Shown: positions 37,701-46,897, counted from the stretch's first letter. The stretch: DNA of 64,000 bases from an uncultured Alphaproteobacteria bacterium (GCA_964587105.1 CAZPKG010000005.1:132540-196539), one strand, 5' to 3'. A program made the numbers and translations. Notes: generated by a model not told the origin, from the letters alone.

Positions 37701-40198
37701 AACAACCCTTCGAAATCGGGGTTGTTTTCGTACCGGATGACTTTGCCGACATACGTTTGCAATTCTTGCGGGGTGCGGCACGAGATACGGCCGACAGCAA
37801 TATCAGGAATGATGTCAAACTCTGGTCCGGAAACACAGCCGAATAGAACGTCGCCGGACGCCGTTCCAAATTCGAGCGTTGAAGGCGAAAACGACGGCAA
37901 CTGATTGCCGGGAATACTTCCTTCGCGCTGTTCAAGGACGGCGTCACCGACCAAGCAAACGTGCGTCGGACGAACATCCCAGTTGTCGTAGGCATACTTC
38001 AGGAAATCGCGGATGGCAAACGGAGTACTCAAACCACCGGAGAATTGCTCATATACTTCCGTCAACGGAACGGTCAAGACCGAGTTGTTGAAGTTGATCC
38101 GGCGGAGACTGTCGAGAATATGAATTGACGAGTCGGCAAAGTACGGATCATAGACAATCATCACATATTCTGCGCCGGGATTATTTCTCAAATCAATCTC
38201 GATCGTATCCGGAACCATTGAGAACGGATGCAACACAAAGTTCTCGCCCCACACCAGCACGTCGTGCGGCGCGTCCGCGATCATCGGGAACCGCACGGCC
38301 CAGCTTGCGCTTTCGTCAGCGGGAGTCACTCGACGCACGTCAAGTGATGTCAAACGGCTCTGCCCAAGCTTCCAGACTTGAATATTGCGCGTATTAAAAC
38401 CGCGAATGTCATAACCGACGGTATCGCGCAGCGTCGCATTGAAATCAAATCTGAACTCGCCGTTGCGCGAACGCATGTCGCGTTCATACTCCACTTCAAA
38501 CCAGTTGACCAGAATCTTGTCCGCATTTCCCGATAGCGCATTTCCGGGAACAGTAACAGTAAACGTGTTGATGCCGTTAATCAAATCTTCAGTTTGAATA
38601 TTGTTCTGCGAGCCGGAAAGTTTAGTCTGGAAGATAACTGGAGATTGCCCACCCCAGACCGCAGCCGTATCGCTACTATTTTGGCGCCCGACTGTCAAGC
38701 CGTTATCCGTCAAACCATTCAGCGAAACGGTGACATAGTGATTGAATCCGGGCGTTGCGCTGAAACCGGTAAGACAAGCGCGCACGACGACCGGTTCAAA
38801 GCTGTACGGCGGCGTAGGATTCGGGAAAGGGATAAAACCTTCGTAGTCGCGTGACGTAAGCGCGTCCACACGCTCGTCCATGAACCAATTGTCTTGAACG
38901 AGTCCGAGCGGACCCAGCCGTGTCAGCCTTTGACCAAGGAACTGTGGCGCATCACCTAACCGGTCGAAATAACGGTCGCGTTCAAAGTGAATTGTCGTGC
39001 GAACGCTGCGCTCGAGATCAAGATTCCACGTCGGCTGCCACGAACCGTTCTCTTCGCCCATCCGCAGGCCCGGCAAACCGTCGCCCCAATAGAGTTGATA
39101 GCAATTCTCAACCGTGAACGGATCTTGGTACAGAGACGGTTCGACGTCGATGAAAGTCTTTTCGTTCTTCTCACCGAAGAAATCTATGTGATCATAGAGA
39201 TCAAACCGCCCATCGGCTTGTCCGTCCACGACAATTGGGATCTCGTGACCCTTATTATAGATATGCAGGTCCCACGGAGAAATCCGGTCAATCGGCACAC
39301 CGGCCAGATGCATGTACTCACCAGTGAGCCTGACGATGCTGGTCTCACGGACGTAAATTCGCCAACTATTGACGTTGTAGATCGGGCCGTCGTGGTCGTC
39401 GAGATTTTGATTGTCTCGCGCTTCACGATGGTCAGGCGCCCGTGACGGCAAAGCTGTGTCAGCTAATTTTCCGAGCATCCCGCGCAGGGCTCTGGTCTCA
39501 TTTGCCCGGTCTGAGAGCCTCATTTCGCCATTTGCCGAATTAGGCCTGATTATTTGAATCCGTGCCTTCTTGAGGTACCGGCCTTGACCCGTTAAAGCAT
39601 TGATTTGAACGGGCCTAAGATTCAAGGCCAGCAGTCTGTGGCCGCGATAGATACCTGATTCCGAAAGCTCAACAATCCGCGTTGGCCAGAGTTCAGCCTT
39701 CTTTTCGGTGCGTAGTTGGCGCTCTCGCATCCCAACAGAGTCGCTGGAGGATTCCTTGGCCCACACGGTGTTCGGAGTTGAGGACGAGGGGCGCGGGTCC
39801 AAGATAAAATCCTCGGGCATAGGGAGGCACGGGCCGAGATCAAACGGCTCGTACTCTGCCTCAACAAGCGTGACGCTTGCCGCTCCGGGCAACGCATCGA
39901 GAAGCTCTGTCACACCGGGTAAGAGCACGACACCCGGTTCGTGAACAGGGTCACACCCAGCCATTTGAATCGCAGTGAGCATTCCGCTTTCCTGGTCGCG
40001 GATCGGTTCAAGCGGCGGGGCCACCCAATCGAGAACCACTCTCTCTCCGGAAATCTCGCGCAGCGTGATGCCGGGCTCGACCGATTTTGCAAGCTGGAGA
40101 GCTTTCTTCGTTGCCTGATTTTTGCCAGCCGAGAAGCCTTGCCAGAACAGACCGGCAAGGGCGACTAAGACTATGACTATGATACCTTTAGATTTCAT
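34775..40198 (-). CDS. porU: Peptidase C25 (gingipain-fold) T9SS sortase PorU homologue, unusually large
   Basis: C25 catalytic motifs (VVNYNGHGGGGVWSG His; ITNFTCYVGAFDD Cys). Its own T9SS C-terminal domain (YPNPFESNTTIAYVL...KIAKVRK). Signal peptide MKSKGIIVIVLVALAGLFWQGFSA. The gene order porU then porV matches Bacteroidetes. Confidence 0.7.
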   Translation of the reverse strand: MKSKGIIVIVLVALAGLFWQGFSAGKNQATKKALQLAKSVEPGITLREISGERVVLDWVAPPLEPIRDQESGMLTAIQMAGCDPVHEPGVVLLPGVTELLDALPGAASVTLVEAEYEPFDLGPCLPMPEDFILDPRPSSSTPNTVWAKESSSDSVGMRERQLRTEKKAELWPTRIVELSESGIYRGHRLLALNLRPVQINALTGQGRYLKKARIQIIRPNSANGEMRLSDRANETRALRGMLGKLADTALPSRAPDHREARDNQNLDDHDGPIYNVNSWRIYVRETSIVRLTGEYMHLAGVPIDRISPWDLHIYNKGHEIPIVVDGQADGRFDLYDHIDFFGEKNEKTFIDVEPSLYQDPFTVENCYQLYWGDGLPGLRMGEENGSWQPTWNLDLERSVRTTIHFERDRYFDRLGDAPQFLGQRLTRLGPLGLVQDNWFMDERVDALTSRDYEGFIPFPNPTPPYSFEPVVVRACLTGFSATPGFNHYVTVSLNGLTDNGLTVGRQNSSDTAAVWGGQSPVIFQTKLSGSQNNIQTEDLINGINTFTVTVPGNALSGNADKILVNWFEVEYERDMRSRNGEFRFDFNATLRDTVGYDIRGFNTRNIQVWKLGQSRLTSLDVRRVTPADESASWAVRFPMIADAPHDVLVWGENFVLHPFSMVPDTIEIDLRNNPGAEYVMIVYDPYFADSSIHILDSLRRINFNNSVLTVPLTEVYEQFSGGLSTPFAIRDFLKYAYDNWDVRPTHVCLVGDAVLEQREGSIPGNQLPSFSPSTLEFGTASGDVLFGCVSGPEFDIIPDIAVGRISCRTPQELQTYVGKVIRYENNPDFEGLFQSNVLMISDVADNQFNFAAGFSEPTIQQLVDNECVNVTRLYLDSIPGGQGPTRLRDELRRGCVVVNYNGHGGGGVWSGSKLIDVSGVRLLNNRETFPFITNFTCYVGAFDDRSQAAVLGEAFMFTRNNNNDIVGAIGFYSSSGVGWAVAGQAMQRKLFDFALAPPGYTLGEITQLNKTRYWSSLNTPVSFTSPYSMMMMMNLLGDPGVQLFVPREVIDPEIVGETNVITPHDTTGDSTFQVSLTVPWDIPDDSLTRAYILPYNEELYRYRLDSLSGRVFRNLISVHSPAFDPENIEFYDVFDRNWISPPIPAPSFVSPRGQVVVYLTDLTLNRNAIGCFPVFLADSLETVQIFDVAPIPGPVLYDGVPFRVGATILHQNNIEYVRFRGLYTPAQGPIRLDTLNMVQVNPGFWQEPALLGPYELEGGSYRVKFFVKPVGEDEYESDYFALRLEQKPDFNLNFLLSTSPGESGGRRPYYFQPVRVERSSVTGTIGDVKLRLHADRDSTYITGGDTITVVLDSFTVESTISTLGSGEAEQGVYIPTSFQPGRYEVSVIVDPDSVYDESSENNNRRDFVLQIPSYYPASRPRGTFLERPFQIGPHRYWSLTKNDTLYLQVPPNVLDRDSAAIGYTQPRTYSQAEIAVLSGQGLRQPFSQGSYGTFKAMFDDTVATLSDSMTAHVTVSIEGRDTLRSRVPIVPYQLYVKDPARDHWLAARNNEVTRDSIGFVRAFPVPTQPSPLDTFIIWRLRATGDIPYLGEIGIFQKTDSRGPNIELAVGGLRYTKGALVPRNPQLFATFSDAAGVQRTPGAFYVVLDGDTVREELIAWNDTSTSGSSLTAMIEPDLDTGQHEVKIFATDNHGNTSTYVTQFEVRGDFGFEWAINYPNPFESNTTIAYVLTGVTDDFTQIKIYTVSGRLIKTLHDSERSTANYRTQQWDGRDDDGNEVANGVYFARITAKQGEQTIEETVKIAKVRK

Positions 40199-40537
40199 GT
40201 TGCTATAGAGTTGGCCACAAACAAAAAATTCGCTGACCTCTCCTCCATTCCATGCAACGCCCCAAAGGGAGGCCATCCCTGAGGGATAGCTTCCAGAGTT
40301 CTACGAGGTTACATCGAACGGAAGAAAAGTTAGCGAATTTTCGCTGGTGGTCTCTCGTTTCCGAATTACCTCGGAGTATAGGTATCTTTTTCCAGCTTGT
40401 CAAGCGAAAAGTGGGGCTTAAACCTAATATTTCCGTGCTTATGGCGCGCATTGGGATATTCAGGCTTCATAGTGCAAATGCCAGACCTCGGTTGACCCAC
40501 TTCCCTCAGAAAGTGGGGGGAAAGTGGGGTTTTTGCC

Positions 40538-40566
40538 TTGAAGTCCAGCATAAATTTCGCTATAAT
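40538..40566 (+). promoter_or_regulatory. Sigma-70-type promoter for pgi
   Basis: TTGAAG (40538-40543), 17-nt spacer, TATAAT (40561-40566). Confidence 0.5.
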
Positions 40567-40603
40567 GTTGAGTTCCGGAAACTGATTTTACTCGACTTGG
40601 CCT

Positions 40604-41983
40604 TTGGGAGGGCCGTTCATGTCACTTGCCGTAAATTTCGGCTTTGCTTATTCCAAGAAGCTTGCCGGCCACGGAATTTCCAATGAGATGCTGAAGCCCG
40701 CGCTCGAACGCACGGCTAAGGCTTTGGATCATATTCGCACCGAACGAGGAGCCAACAAACTCCCCTATTTGGACTTGCCTGAAGATGGCAAGACCAAGGC
40801 CGCCTGCAAAGAGCTTGCGGATAGATTCGCAGGTTATGAGAATTTCCTGCTTTCAGGCATCGGTGGCAGTTCGCTTGGGCCATTGGCGATTTTCAATGCG
40901 CTCGGTCACCCGCTGCACAATATGCTCTCCGGAGCCAAGCGCAAGAATCATCCACGATTTTTCGCGCTCGACAATGTCGATCCCGTGCAAGCGGACGCGC
41001 TGTTCAATTTCTGCAAGCCGGAAAAAACGGTTTACAATATCATCTCCAAGAGCGGCGCAACGGCTGAAACGGCTGCGGCGTCGCTGATCATTTTTGATCT
41101 GCTGAAGAAGCGGATGGGCAATGATTGGAAGAAGAATATCGTCTGCACGACGGATCCGACGAGCGGCGATTTGCGCAAGCTCTGCAACGATGAAAAATTT
41201 CAGACGCTGCCGCTGCATCCGGGAGTCGGCGGACGCTTTTCGGTTCTGACTCCGGTGGGCCTATTCCCATCCTATTGCTTGGGCTTTGACGTGGATGCGA
41301 TGCTTGCCGGTGCGGCGGAAATGCGCGAGCGTTGTTTGGATAGCGACGTACAAAAAAATCCCGCCGCGCAGATGGCCGCCTTGCTCTATCTGTTCGACAG
41401 CACGCAGCACAAGAAGATGCACGTGATGATGGCCTACGCGAATGGACTTTACGGCATGGCCGATTGGTTCAGGCAGTTGTGGGCCGAATCGCTTGGTAAA
41501 GAGGCCGATAACGAAGGCCGTATCGTGAACGTCGGCCCGACTCCGCTGAAAGCTCTCGGCGCGACCGACCAGCATTCGCAAGTTCAACTCTACATCGAAG
41601 GCCCCTACGACAAGGTGTTCCTGTTCCTCGAATGCAAGAAATTCGGTAAGCGCATGAAACTCCCCGAACTTTATGACAACGTTTCTTCGTTGAACTATCT
41701 TGGCGGGCAAACGATGAACAAACTCATCGCCGCCGAATTTGCCGCGACGCGCGAAGCTCTCGCTCAGCGCGGACGTCCTTCGATTTCCATCACTTTCCCC
41801 GAAGTTGACGCACATGCCGTCGGTGAATTTTTCATGCTATGGGAAATCACGACATCCATCGCAGGCGCGCTCTACCGCATCAACCCCTACGACCAGCCCG
41901 GCGTCGAATTAGGCAAGCAGTTGACCTACGGCTTGATGGGCAGAGCGGGTTTTGAAGACAAGGCCAAAGGGATTAAGGTGTAA
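40604..41983 (+). CDS. pgi: Glucose-6-phosphate isomerase (short bacterial/archaeal PGI type)
   Basis: Two SIS domains: GIGGSSLGP, GGRFSVLTPVG. Confidence 0.85.
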   Translation: MGGPFMSLAVNFGFAYSKKLAGHGISNEMLKPALERTAKALDHIRTERGANKLPYLDLPEDGKTKAACKELADRFAGYENFLLSGIGGSSLGPLAIFNALGHPLHNMLSGAKRKNHPRFFALDNVDPVQADALFNFCKPEKTVYNIISKSGATAETAAASLIIFDLLKKRMGNDWKKNIVCTTDPTSGDLRKLCNDEKFQTLPLHPGVGGRFSVLTPVGLFPSYCLGFDVDAMLAGAAEMRERCLDSDVQKNPAAQMAALLYLFDSTQHKKMHVMMAYANGLYGMADWFRQLWAESLGKEADNEGRIVNVGPTPLKALGATDQHSQVQLYIEGPYDKVFLFLECKKFGKRMKLPELYDNVSSLNYLGGQTMNKLIAAEFAATREALAQRGRPSISITFPEVDAHAVGEFFMLWEITTSIAGALYRINPYDQPGVELGKQLTYGLMGRAGFEDKAKGIKV

Positions 41984-41984
41984 T

Positions 41985-43187
41985 ATGAAGCTATCCGTAC
42001 AAAACTTCCGCTCGATCAAGGACGAGACATTTGATCTTGCCCCCATCACGGTCTTCTATGGACCGAACGGCTCAGGCAAATCAACAGTTTTGTACTCGCT
42101 TCTGACGTTCAAGAATATTGTTTTGAATCCGAATCAAAGGGTGGAGGCATTTTTTGACTACGGGTTCTTGAATTTAGGTGATTTTCGCGATGTAGTCTTT
42201 AATCATGACAGAAGATCGAAAATCCGTCTCAAGTTATTAGAACCTGAGAACAACCCAAAAGCATTCTACGAGATATCATTCAGCGGTGAGACTGCTCAAG
42301 CAGAAATATCGTTTGATTATCCTCTATTTGACAAACCTATTGGTGCCAAAACAGACATATACTTCCCATACAGGTTGACTCAGCAGGTTTTCGTAGAAAC
42401 TAAGTTCCGTGACGGTGACGCAATAACGCTATATTGGAACGGTATTACGTTTACAGGATCGGCGATGCGTACAGATATTGCAGACGTACATGCAGATAAG
42501 ATTCGCGAGGCTGGGTCTTTTGCTCAAACAGAGCTCAACCATGTTGGAATTGTGCCACTGAAACGGGGTTTCACGCGACCTTTTTATTCACCTCTTCCAA
42601 TTTCTACATCACAGACTACCGAGGAAGATATTGCAACGTTTCTTGCTATTGAAAGATACTTCGACGGGAAGCTAAGTGGCTATTTAGAAGAAATCGCAAA
42701 GAGAGAATTTCGAGTCAATTCAGCGGGGGGAACTGGTGTTTACTCATTTGATCTTATTGATCGAGCTTCACGAGTTCCATGCAACATAGTAAATGATGGA
42801 TTTGGAATAAATCAATTAGTTCACTTGCTTGCGATATGCCTGCAAGATAGGCATTCGTTTGTTTGTATTGAGGAACCAGAAATCCATCTTCACCCTTCCG
42901 CAGTTCGCGCACTTGCTCAAGCCTTTATTAAGATGACAAAGGAAGAGGGAAAGCGCTTTGTCATTGCGACACATAGCGAAGTATTTATCTCGACGTTGCT
43001 TGCTGAAGTTGCAAGGGGCAACCTTAAGGCTGACGATTTGAGTTGTTATCTGACAACAAAGGAAGGCAAGGAATCCAAGTTCGAAAAGCAGGAAGTGAAC
43101 GAGAAGGGGCAGATTTCAGGAGGGTTGCAAGCCTTTGCTCAAGCTGAGCTTGAAAACACGAAAATCTTGCTTGGATTGTCTGACTAA
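41985..43187 (+). CDS. ABC-type AAA ATPase of the OLD/PtuA/AriA class (AAA_15/21-like)
   Basis: N-terminus MKLSVQNFRSIK...ITVFYGPNGSGKSTVL (Walker A). C-terminal D-loop/H-loop CIEEPEIHLHPS and ATHSEVFI. No fused nuclease domain. Lies in a low-GC segment. Confidence 0.7.
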   Translation: MKLSVQNFRSIKDETFDLAPITVFYGPNGSGKSTVLYSLLTFKNIVLNPNQRVEAFFDYGFLNLGDFRDVVFNHDRRSKIRLKLLEPENNPKAFYEISFSGETAQAEISFDYPLFDKPIGAKTDIYFPYRLTQQVFVETKFRDGDAITLYWNGITFTGSAMRTDIADVHADKIREAGSFAQTELNHVGIVPLKRGFTRPFYSPLPISTSQTTEEDIATFLAIERYFDGKLSGYLEEIAKREFRVNSAGGTGVYSFDLIDRASRVPCNIVNDGFGINQLVHLLAICLQDRHSFVCIEEPEIHLHPSAVRALAQAFIKMTKEEGKRFVIATHSEVFISTLLAEVARGNLKADDLSCYLTTKEGKESKFEKQEVNEKGQISGGLQAFAQAELENTKILLGLSD

Positions 43188-43198
43188 TTATCCGATTT

Positions 43199-43657
43199 AT
43201 GCGGATTGTCATCAATGAATGGTTGATCGAAGACGCTCTGGGAAACAACGGAGAACATCGACAAGCCTTGTCACTCTTAGTGTTCGAACAGTTTACAGTT
43301 CGCGAAGATTTGTTGATTGTGCTTGAAAAAAGCAAATGGACATGGAAGGCGCTTCAGTTGTGGAAGCTCCAAAATCAAGGAGCGCGCAGGGTATCAAAAC
43401 TCTTCATGGGTTCAGTTTGGGAAGATCCCGCAAACTGCGAGAGGATTCCAAGAGACGAACGTTTTGCTTTGCCGGAGTCTCTAAGCCATGTGGATGACGA
43501 CGACCGCTATCTTATCGAAGCATATTTGAACGGGAATGCCGAACTACTTGTGACGACGGACAAGCAACTAATCGAATTCTGCAAAAGATCTGAGAATCCT
43601 CGAGTAGTTGCTATCCACCGCGACGACTTCCTCCGCTCATGGAACATCGCACCCTAA
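43199..43657 (+). CDS. Small protein with PIN-like motifs; candidate nuclease partner of the ATPase
   Basis: 152 aa with RIVINEWLIEDA at the N-terminus (Asn where the first PIN Asp is expected), then HVDDDDRYLIEAYL and LLVTTDKQL. No detectable homology beyond this pattern. Confidence 0.4.
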   Translation: MRIVINEWLIEDALGNNGEHRQALSLLVFEQFTVREDLLIVLEKSKWTWKALQLWKLQNQGARRVSKLFMGSVWEDPANCERIPRDERFALPESLSHVDDDDRYLIEAYLNGNAELLVTTDKQLIEFCKRSENPRVVAIHRDDFLRSWNIAP

Positions 43658-44193
43658 TCATACTTTTCATCTCTGCCACCCTTTCCGGTTGCGCGCACAC
43701 ATTCACAATCGAAAAGAATGCGCCGCCGCAAAGATATGCTGAAGCGCAAAATTTCTTGCATCAGCGTCCGGCGAGATTGTTTACGAAAGTCGGAAAGCAC
43801 ATGCGCGTCACCGATTGGCACATCGGTCCTGATTCAACCGTGTTTCGGATTGATGGTGCCAGCGACAGAATTGTGATGCTGAACGACCGCATTCGCACGC
43901 TGACCACACAGGATTCTCGCAGGGGTTTGCGCGACGGAGCGCTGATCGGCGGATTCAGTGGTGGCATTGTCGGGCTGTTTATCGGGTCAATCATGGCAAC
44001 AATGCAAGGGAGTTGCGACGATTGTAGTATGAATGATCATAGTGGAACGTATGTGTTTTCAGGACTCGGCATCGGTGCAGGCATCGGCGCTGTCACCGGA
44101 GCACTAATCGGTACACATACCGGCGCAATGCGTACTGTTGTTTTTCACCCCGACCCGCACGACCCACGCCGCTGGGAATATTTGCCTCGATAG
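43639..44193 (+). CDS. Glycine-zipper lipoprotein (paralogue 1)
   Basis: Lipobox LSGCAH. Conserved VTDWHIGPDSTVFRIDGASDRIVMLNDRIRTLTTQD. Glycine-zipper GALIGGFSGGIVGLFIGSIM. Ends RRWEYLPR. Confidence 0.5.
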   Translation: MEHRTLIILFISATLSGCAHTFTIEKNAPPQRYAEAQNFLHQRPARLFTKVGKHMRVTDWHIGPDSTVFRIDGASDRIVMLNDRIRTLTTQDSRRGLRDGALIGGFSGGIVGLFIGSIMATMQGSCDDCSMNDHSGTYVFSGLGIGAGIGAVTGALIGTHTGAMRTVVFHPDPHDPRRWEYLPR

Positions 44194-44249
44194 ATAAGAC
44201 AATTATTGATCTTTACAAGTAGATTCGGAACACACCTTAGAGGTGGCTT

Positions 44250-44870
44250 ATGGATTCCGACAAGATACGCCGGATTAGAATTGTAATGAGAAGTTTATCG
44301 CTTTTTATTTTGATAATATCCCTCTCCGGCTGCGCGCACGTCTTGTATATCGAGAAAAGTGCACCTTCTGAAAAGTATGTGCAGGCGCAAACTTTTTTGC
44401 ATCCGAAGCCTGCAAATCTGTATCTGAATACCGGGAAGAAATTTCTGGTAACGGATTTGCACATCGGGCAAGACTCGACAGTGTTTCGGATTGACGGAAC
44501 TACAGATCGAATTGTGATGATGAACGACAAGATTCGCAGCATCACAACACAAGACGAGCGGAAAGCGACAATCAAAGGCGCGAAAATCGGAGCTGTTGTC
44601 GGAGGTGTTCTTGGTCTTGCGGTCGGTGGCTTGATTTCTTCTTGGGACAATTCCAAAGATTGCGAAACCGGACCCGCAGATTACGACTACGGGAGTTGCG
44701 GTCAAGATGACGACAATGACGCTTTGATTGTACTTTCGAGTATTGGTTCTGGAATTCTTGTCGGAGCTTTGACAGGCGGAGTCATCGGCAGTCAATCAGG
44801 AACGTATCGAACGATTATGCTAAACTGGGATCCGAAAGACGCAAGACGATGGGAATATTTGCCTCGATAA
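44250..44870 (+). CDS. Glycine-zipper lipoprotein (paralogue 2)
   Basis: Same architecture as 43639-44193 (LSGCAH, VTDLHIGQDSTVFRIDGTTDRIVMMNDKIRSITTQD, GAKIGAVVGGVLGLAVGG, ends RRWEYLPR) but lower GC. Confidence 0.5.
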   Translation: MDSDKIRRIRIVMRSLSLFILIISLSGCAHVLYIEKSAPSEKYVQAQTFLHPKPANLYLNTGKKFLVTDLHIGQDSTVFRIDGTTDRIVMMNDKIRSITTQDERKATIKGAKIGAVVGGVLGLAVGGLISSWDNSKDCETGPADYDYGSCGQDDDNDALIVLSSIGSGILVGALTGGVIGSQSGTYRTIMLNWDPKDARRWEYLPR

Positions 44871-45394
44871 TTATTTTGATGATGCCGATTTCGATAATGG
44901 CTTCCGACCTTACTTCAATCCCCTTTCAAACCAATTCCGGTGACACGACGACGCTTGAATCTTTCAAGGGTCAAGTTGTGCTGATTGTGAACACAGCCAG
45001 CGAGTGCGGGCACACGCCGCAATATGCCGGTATGGAAGCGATTTACGAGAAATATAGAAGTCAAGGCTTCACGATAGTCGCTTTTCCGTCGAACGATTTC
45101 GGCGAACAAGAACCCGGTACGGACGCGCAAATCAGAAATTTCTGCACGACGATGTACGGTGTGCAATTCCCGTTGATGAAGAAGATTTTGGTGTTGGGTG
45201 AGAACAAGCATCCGCTCTACAAATATCTGGTCGAGCACAGCGAACCCGCCGACGAAATTCAGTGGAACTTCACGAAGTTCTTGCTTGACCGCAACGGAAA
45301 CGTTGCCGCGCGATTTCACTACAAAGTGAAGCCCGATTCCCCCGAAGTAATTGCGAAAATTGAAGAGTTGCTGGGAGATAAACCTTCGGAATGA
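44849..45394 (+). CDS. Glutathione peroxidase family protein
   Basis: VVLIVNTASECGHTPQY, FPSNDFGEQEPG, and WNFTKFL motifs. Confidence 0.85.
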   Translation: MGIFASIIILMMPISIMASDLTSIPFQTNSGDTTTLESFKGQVVLIVNTASECGHTPQYAGMEAIYEKYRSQGFTIVAFPSNDFGEQEPGTDAQIRNFCTTMYGVQFPLMKKILVLGENKHPLYKYLVEHSEPADEIQWNFTKFLLDRNGNVAARFHYKVKPDSPEVIAKIEELLGDKPSE

Positions 45395-46869
45395 CACGCA
45401 GTCCGGTTTTTCTGCCCGCTTCAGATAAGTACCTCCCGTTAGCCTTCGCTCTGCTGCCCGTTGTGGTTGTATTTTGGGCCACACAGGTTTGGGGGATCGC
45501 GGTATCCAAGGAACAATTTGTTTGGCTTGCGCAGGCCAACGAACTTGCCGCCGGTGCAAAGCTCTCGTTTGCCAATGCAAATTATCCCGCCGGTCCTCTC
45601 TGGCCGCAGCTGTTGTCATATTTCGCCAAAGGCGGCTTCGCGATTGAGTTTGTCGCGCGCATTTGGCAAGGTTTGATGCTTGGATCGCTGCTCTATACCA
45701 TCACGCGGTTTTATTTGCGGCATTTGCTCTCGCGCGTCGTCGTTGCCGGAGCATCGCTCGCAGCGTTTACGGGATTCCTGCTATTGTCGGAAGTTTTCTC
45801 GCTGTCACCCTTGCCGACGGCGCTCTTGCTTTGCACGTTAGGACTCTTGGCGCTCGCGAGATTCTTGCTCGAAGAAGAGATTCTGGCTTTTCTCGCCGCC
45901 GCTCTTTCTATTGGAGCCGCTACACTCATCTGGATTCCAGCACTTGTAATCGCGTTGGGTTGCGCACTGGCAATCTTGCTGGGCGGACGCGGCAATCTCG
46001 GACGCAGATTTTCCGGCGTCATCTTTTTCAGCGCGGCGGCAGTTGCTCCCGCCCTTTATTTTTTATCACAAGTATCGGCGCCGCGCTATGAATGGTTCGG
46101 CGGCATTCTTCCGGCGGTAGATGCAATTTCCGCTTGGACGATGTGGGCAACGTGGCCGGTTTGGCTGCGTGTTTTGTTGACGCTCGCGGTATTGATAAGT
46201 TTGCTCTATGTCTATCTGGCCACTCGCGGCCCGGCGGGTATCGGTCCTGCGCTGAAGCGGCGTGAATTGCAAGTTTGGATTCTGCTCTGTTTTGTCTGGC
46301 TGTTGCACCTGTTGCTGTTTCCTTTGACAACCACATTGGTGGTGCTCATTCCGGCATTTGTCTTGTGGCCCGCGCTCGGAATTGACAGCTTCAGAGATTT
46401 TACTCCCGTGTCAACAGCATGGGCCGGCAAAGGCACCGCTGTTGCCGTCTGGTCATGTTTGATACTTTTACTGATTCCGGTTTGGCAAGCGGGCGCATTC
46501 GGTTGGAAGACCTTTCAAGCAGGTGACGGCGTGCGCGGATTTGAATTTCAATCCTCTCCCCTGCTGACTGAACTACGCGCTGATCAGAAACGTCCGCTCT
46601 ATTCTGATGATCCTGAACTCTTGACTTTCGCGCTAAATCGCGAGATTAAGAAATTGCCGGATGACTTGAAATCGCTTGAGTTGGTAGAAAGCCGCGTCGT
46701 CATTCTTGGAGATTCCTGCCCTCCCGGAATTTGCAAGGATGACAGCGCCACTCATCCAACGCTAACATTTGCTTCGAAACTTGCCGTGCGCGAAGGGTTA
46801 CTTTACGATGTAACATTCCGCGCACCGGAACCCGCCTTGACCGCCTCGGATTCCCTCACAATTCCGTAA
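45391..46869 (+). CDS. Polytopic integral membrane protein (possibly GT-C-like)
   Basis: About 12 hydrophobic helices. No firm family assignment. Confidence 0.45.
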   Translation: MTRSPVFLPASDKYLPLAFALLPVVVVFWATQVWGIAVSKEQFVWLAQANELAAGAKLSFANANYPAGPLWPQLLSYFAKGGFAIEFVARIWQGLMLGSLLYTITRFYLRHLLSRVVVAGASLAAFTGFLLLSEVFSLSPLPTALLLCTLGLLALARFLLEEEILAFLAAALSIGAATLIWIPALVIALGCALAILLGGRGNLGRRFSGVIFFSAAAVAPALYFLSQVSAPRYEWFGGILPAVDAISAWTMWATWPVWLRVLLTLAVLISLLYVYLATRGPAGIGPALKRRELQVWILLCFVWLLHLLLFPLTTTLVVLIPAFVLWPALGIDSFRDFTPVSTAWAGKGTAVAVWSCLILLLIPVWQAGAFGWKTFQAGDGVRGFEFQSSPLLTELRADQKRPLYSDDPELLTFALNREIKKLPDDLKSLELVESRVVILGDSCPPGICKDDSATHPTLTFASKLAVREGLLYDVTFRAPEPALTASDSLTIP

Positions 46870-46897
46870 TCTTTTTCACTTATCATACTCCTTTCCC

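Noticed and set aside
44849-45394. Glu-for-Lys substitution (ASECG) in the glutathione peroxidase catalytic motif as evidence of an unusual enzyme
   Set aside because: The residue after Ser is variable among Cys-GPx and thioredoxin-dependent peroxidases. It is not diagnostic.
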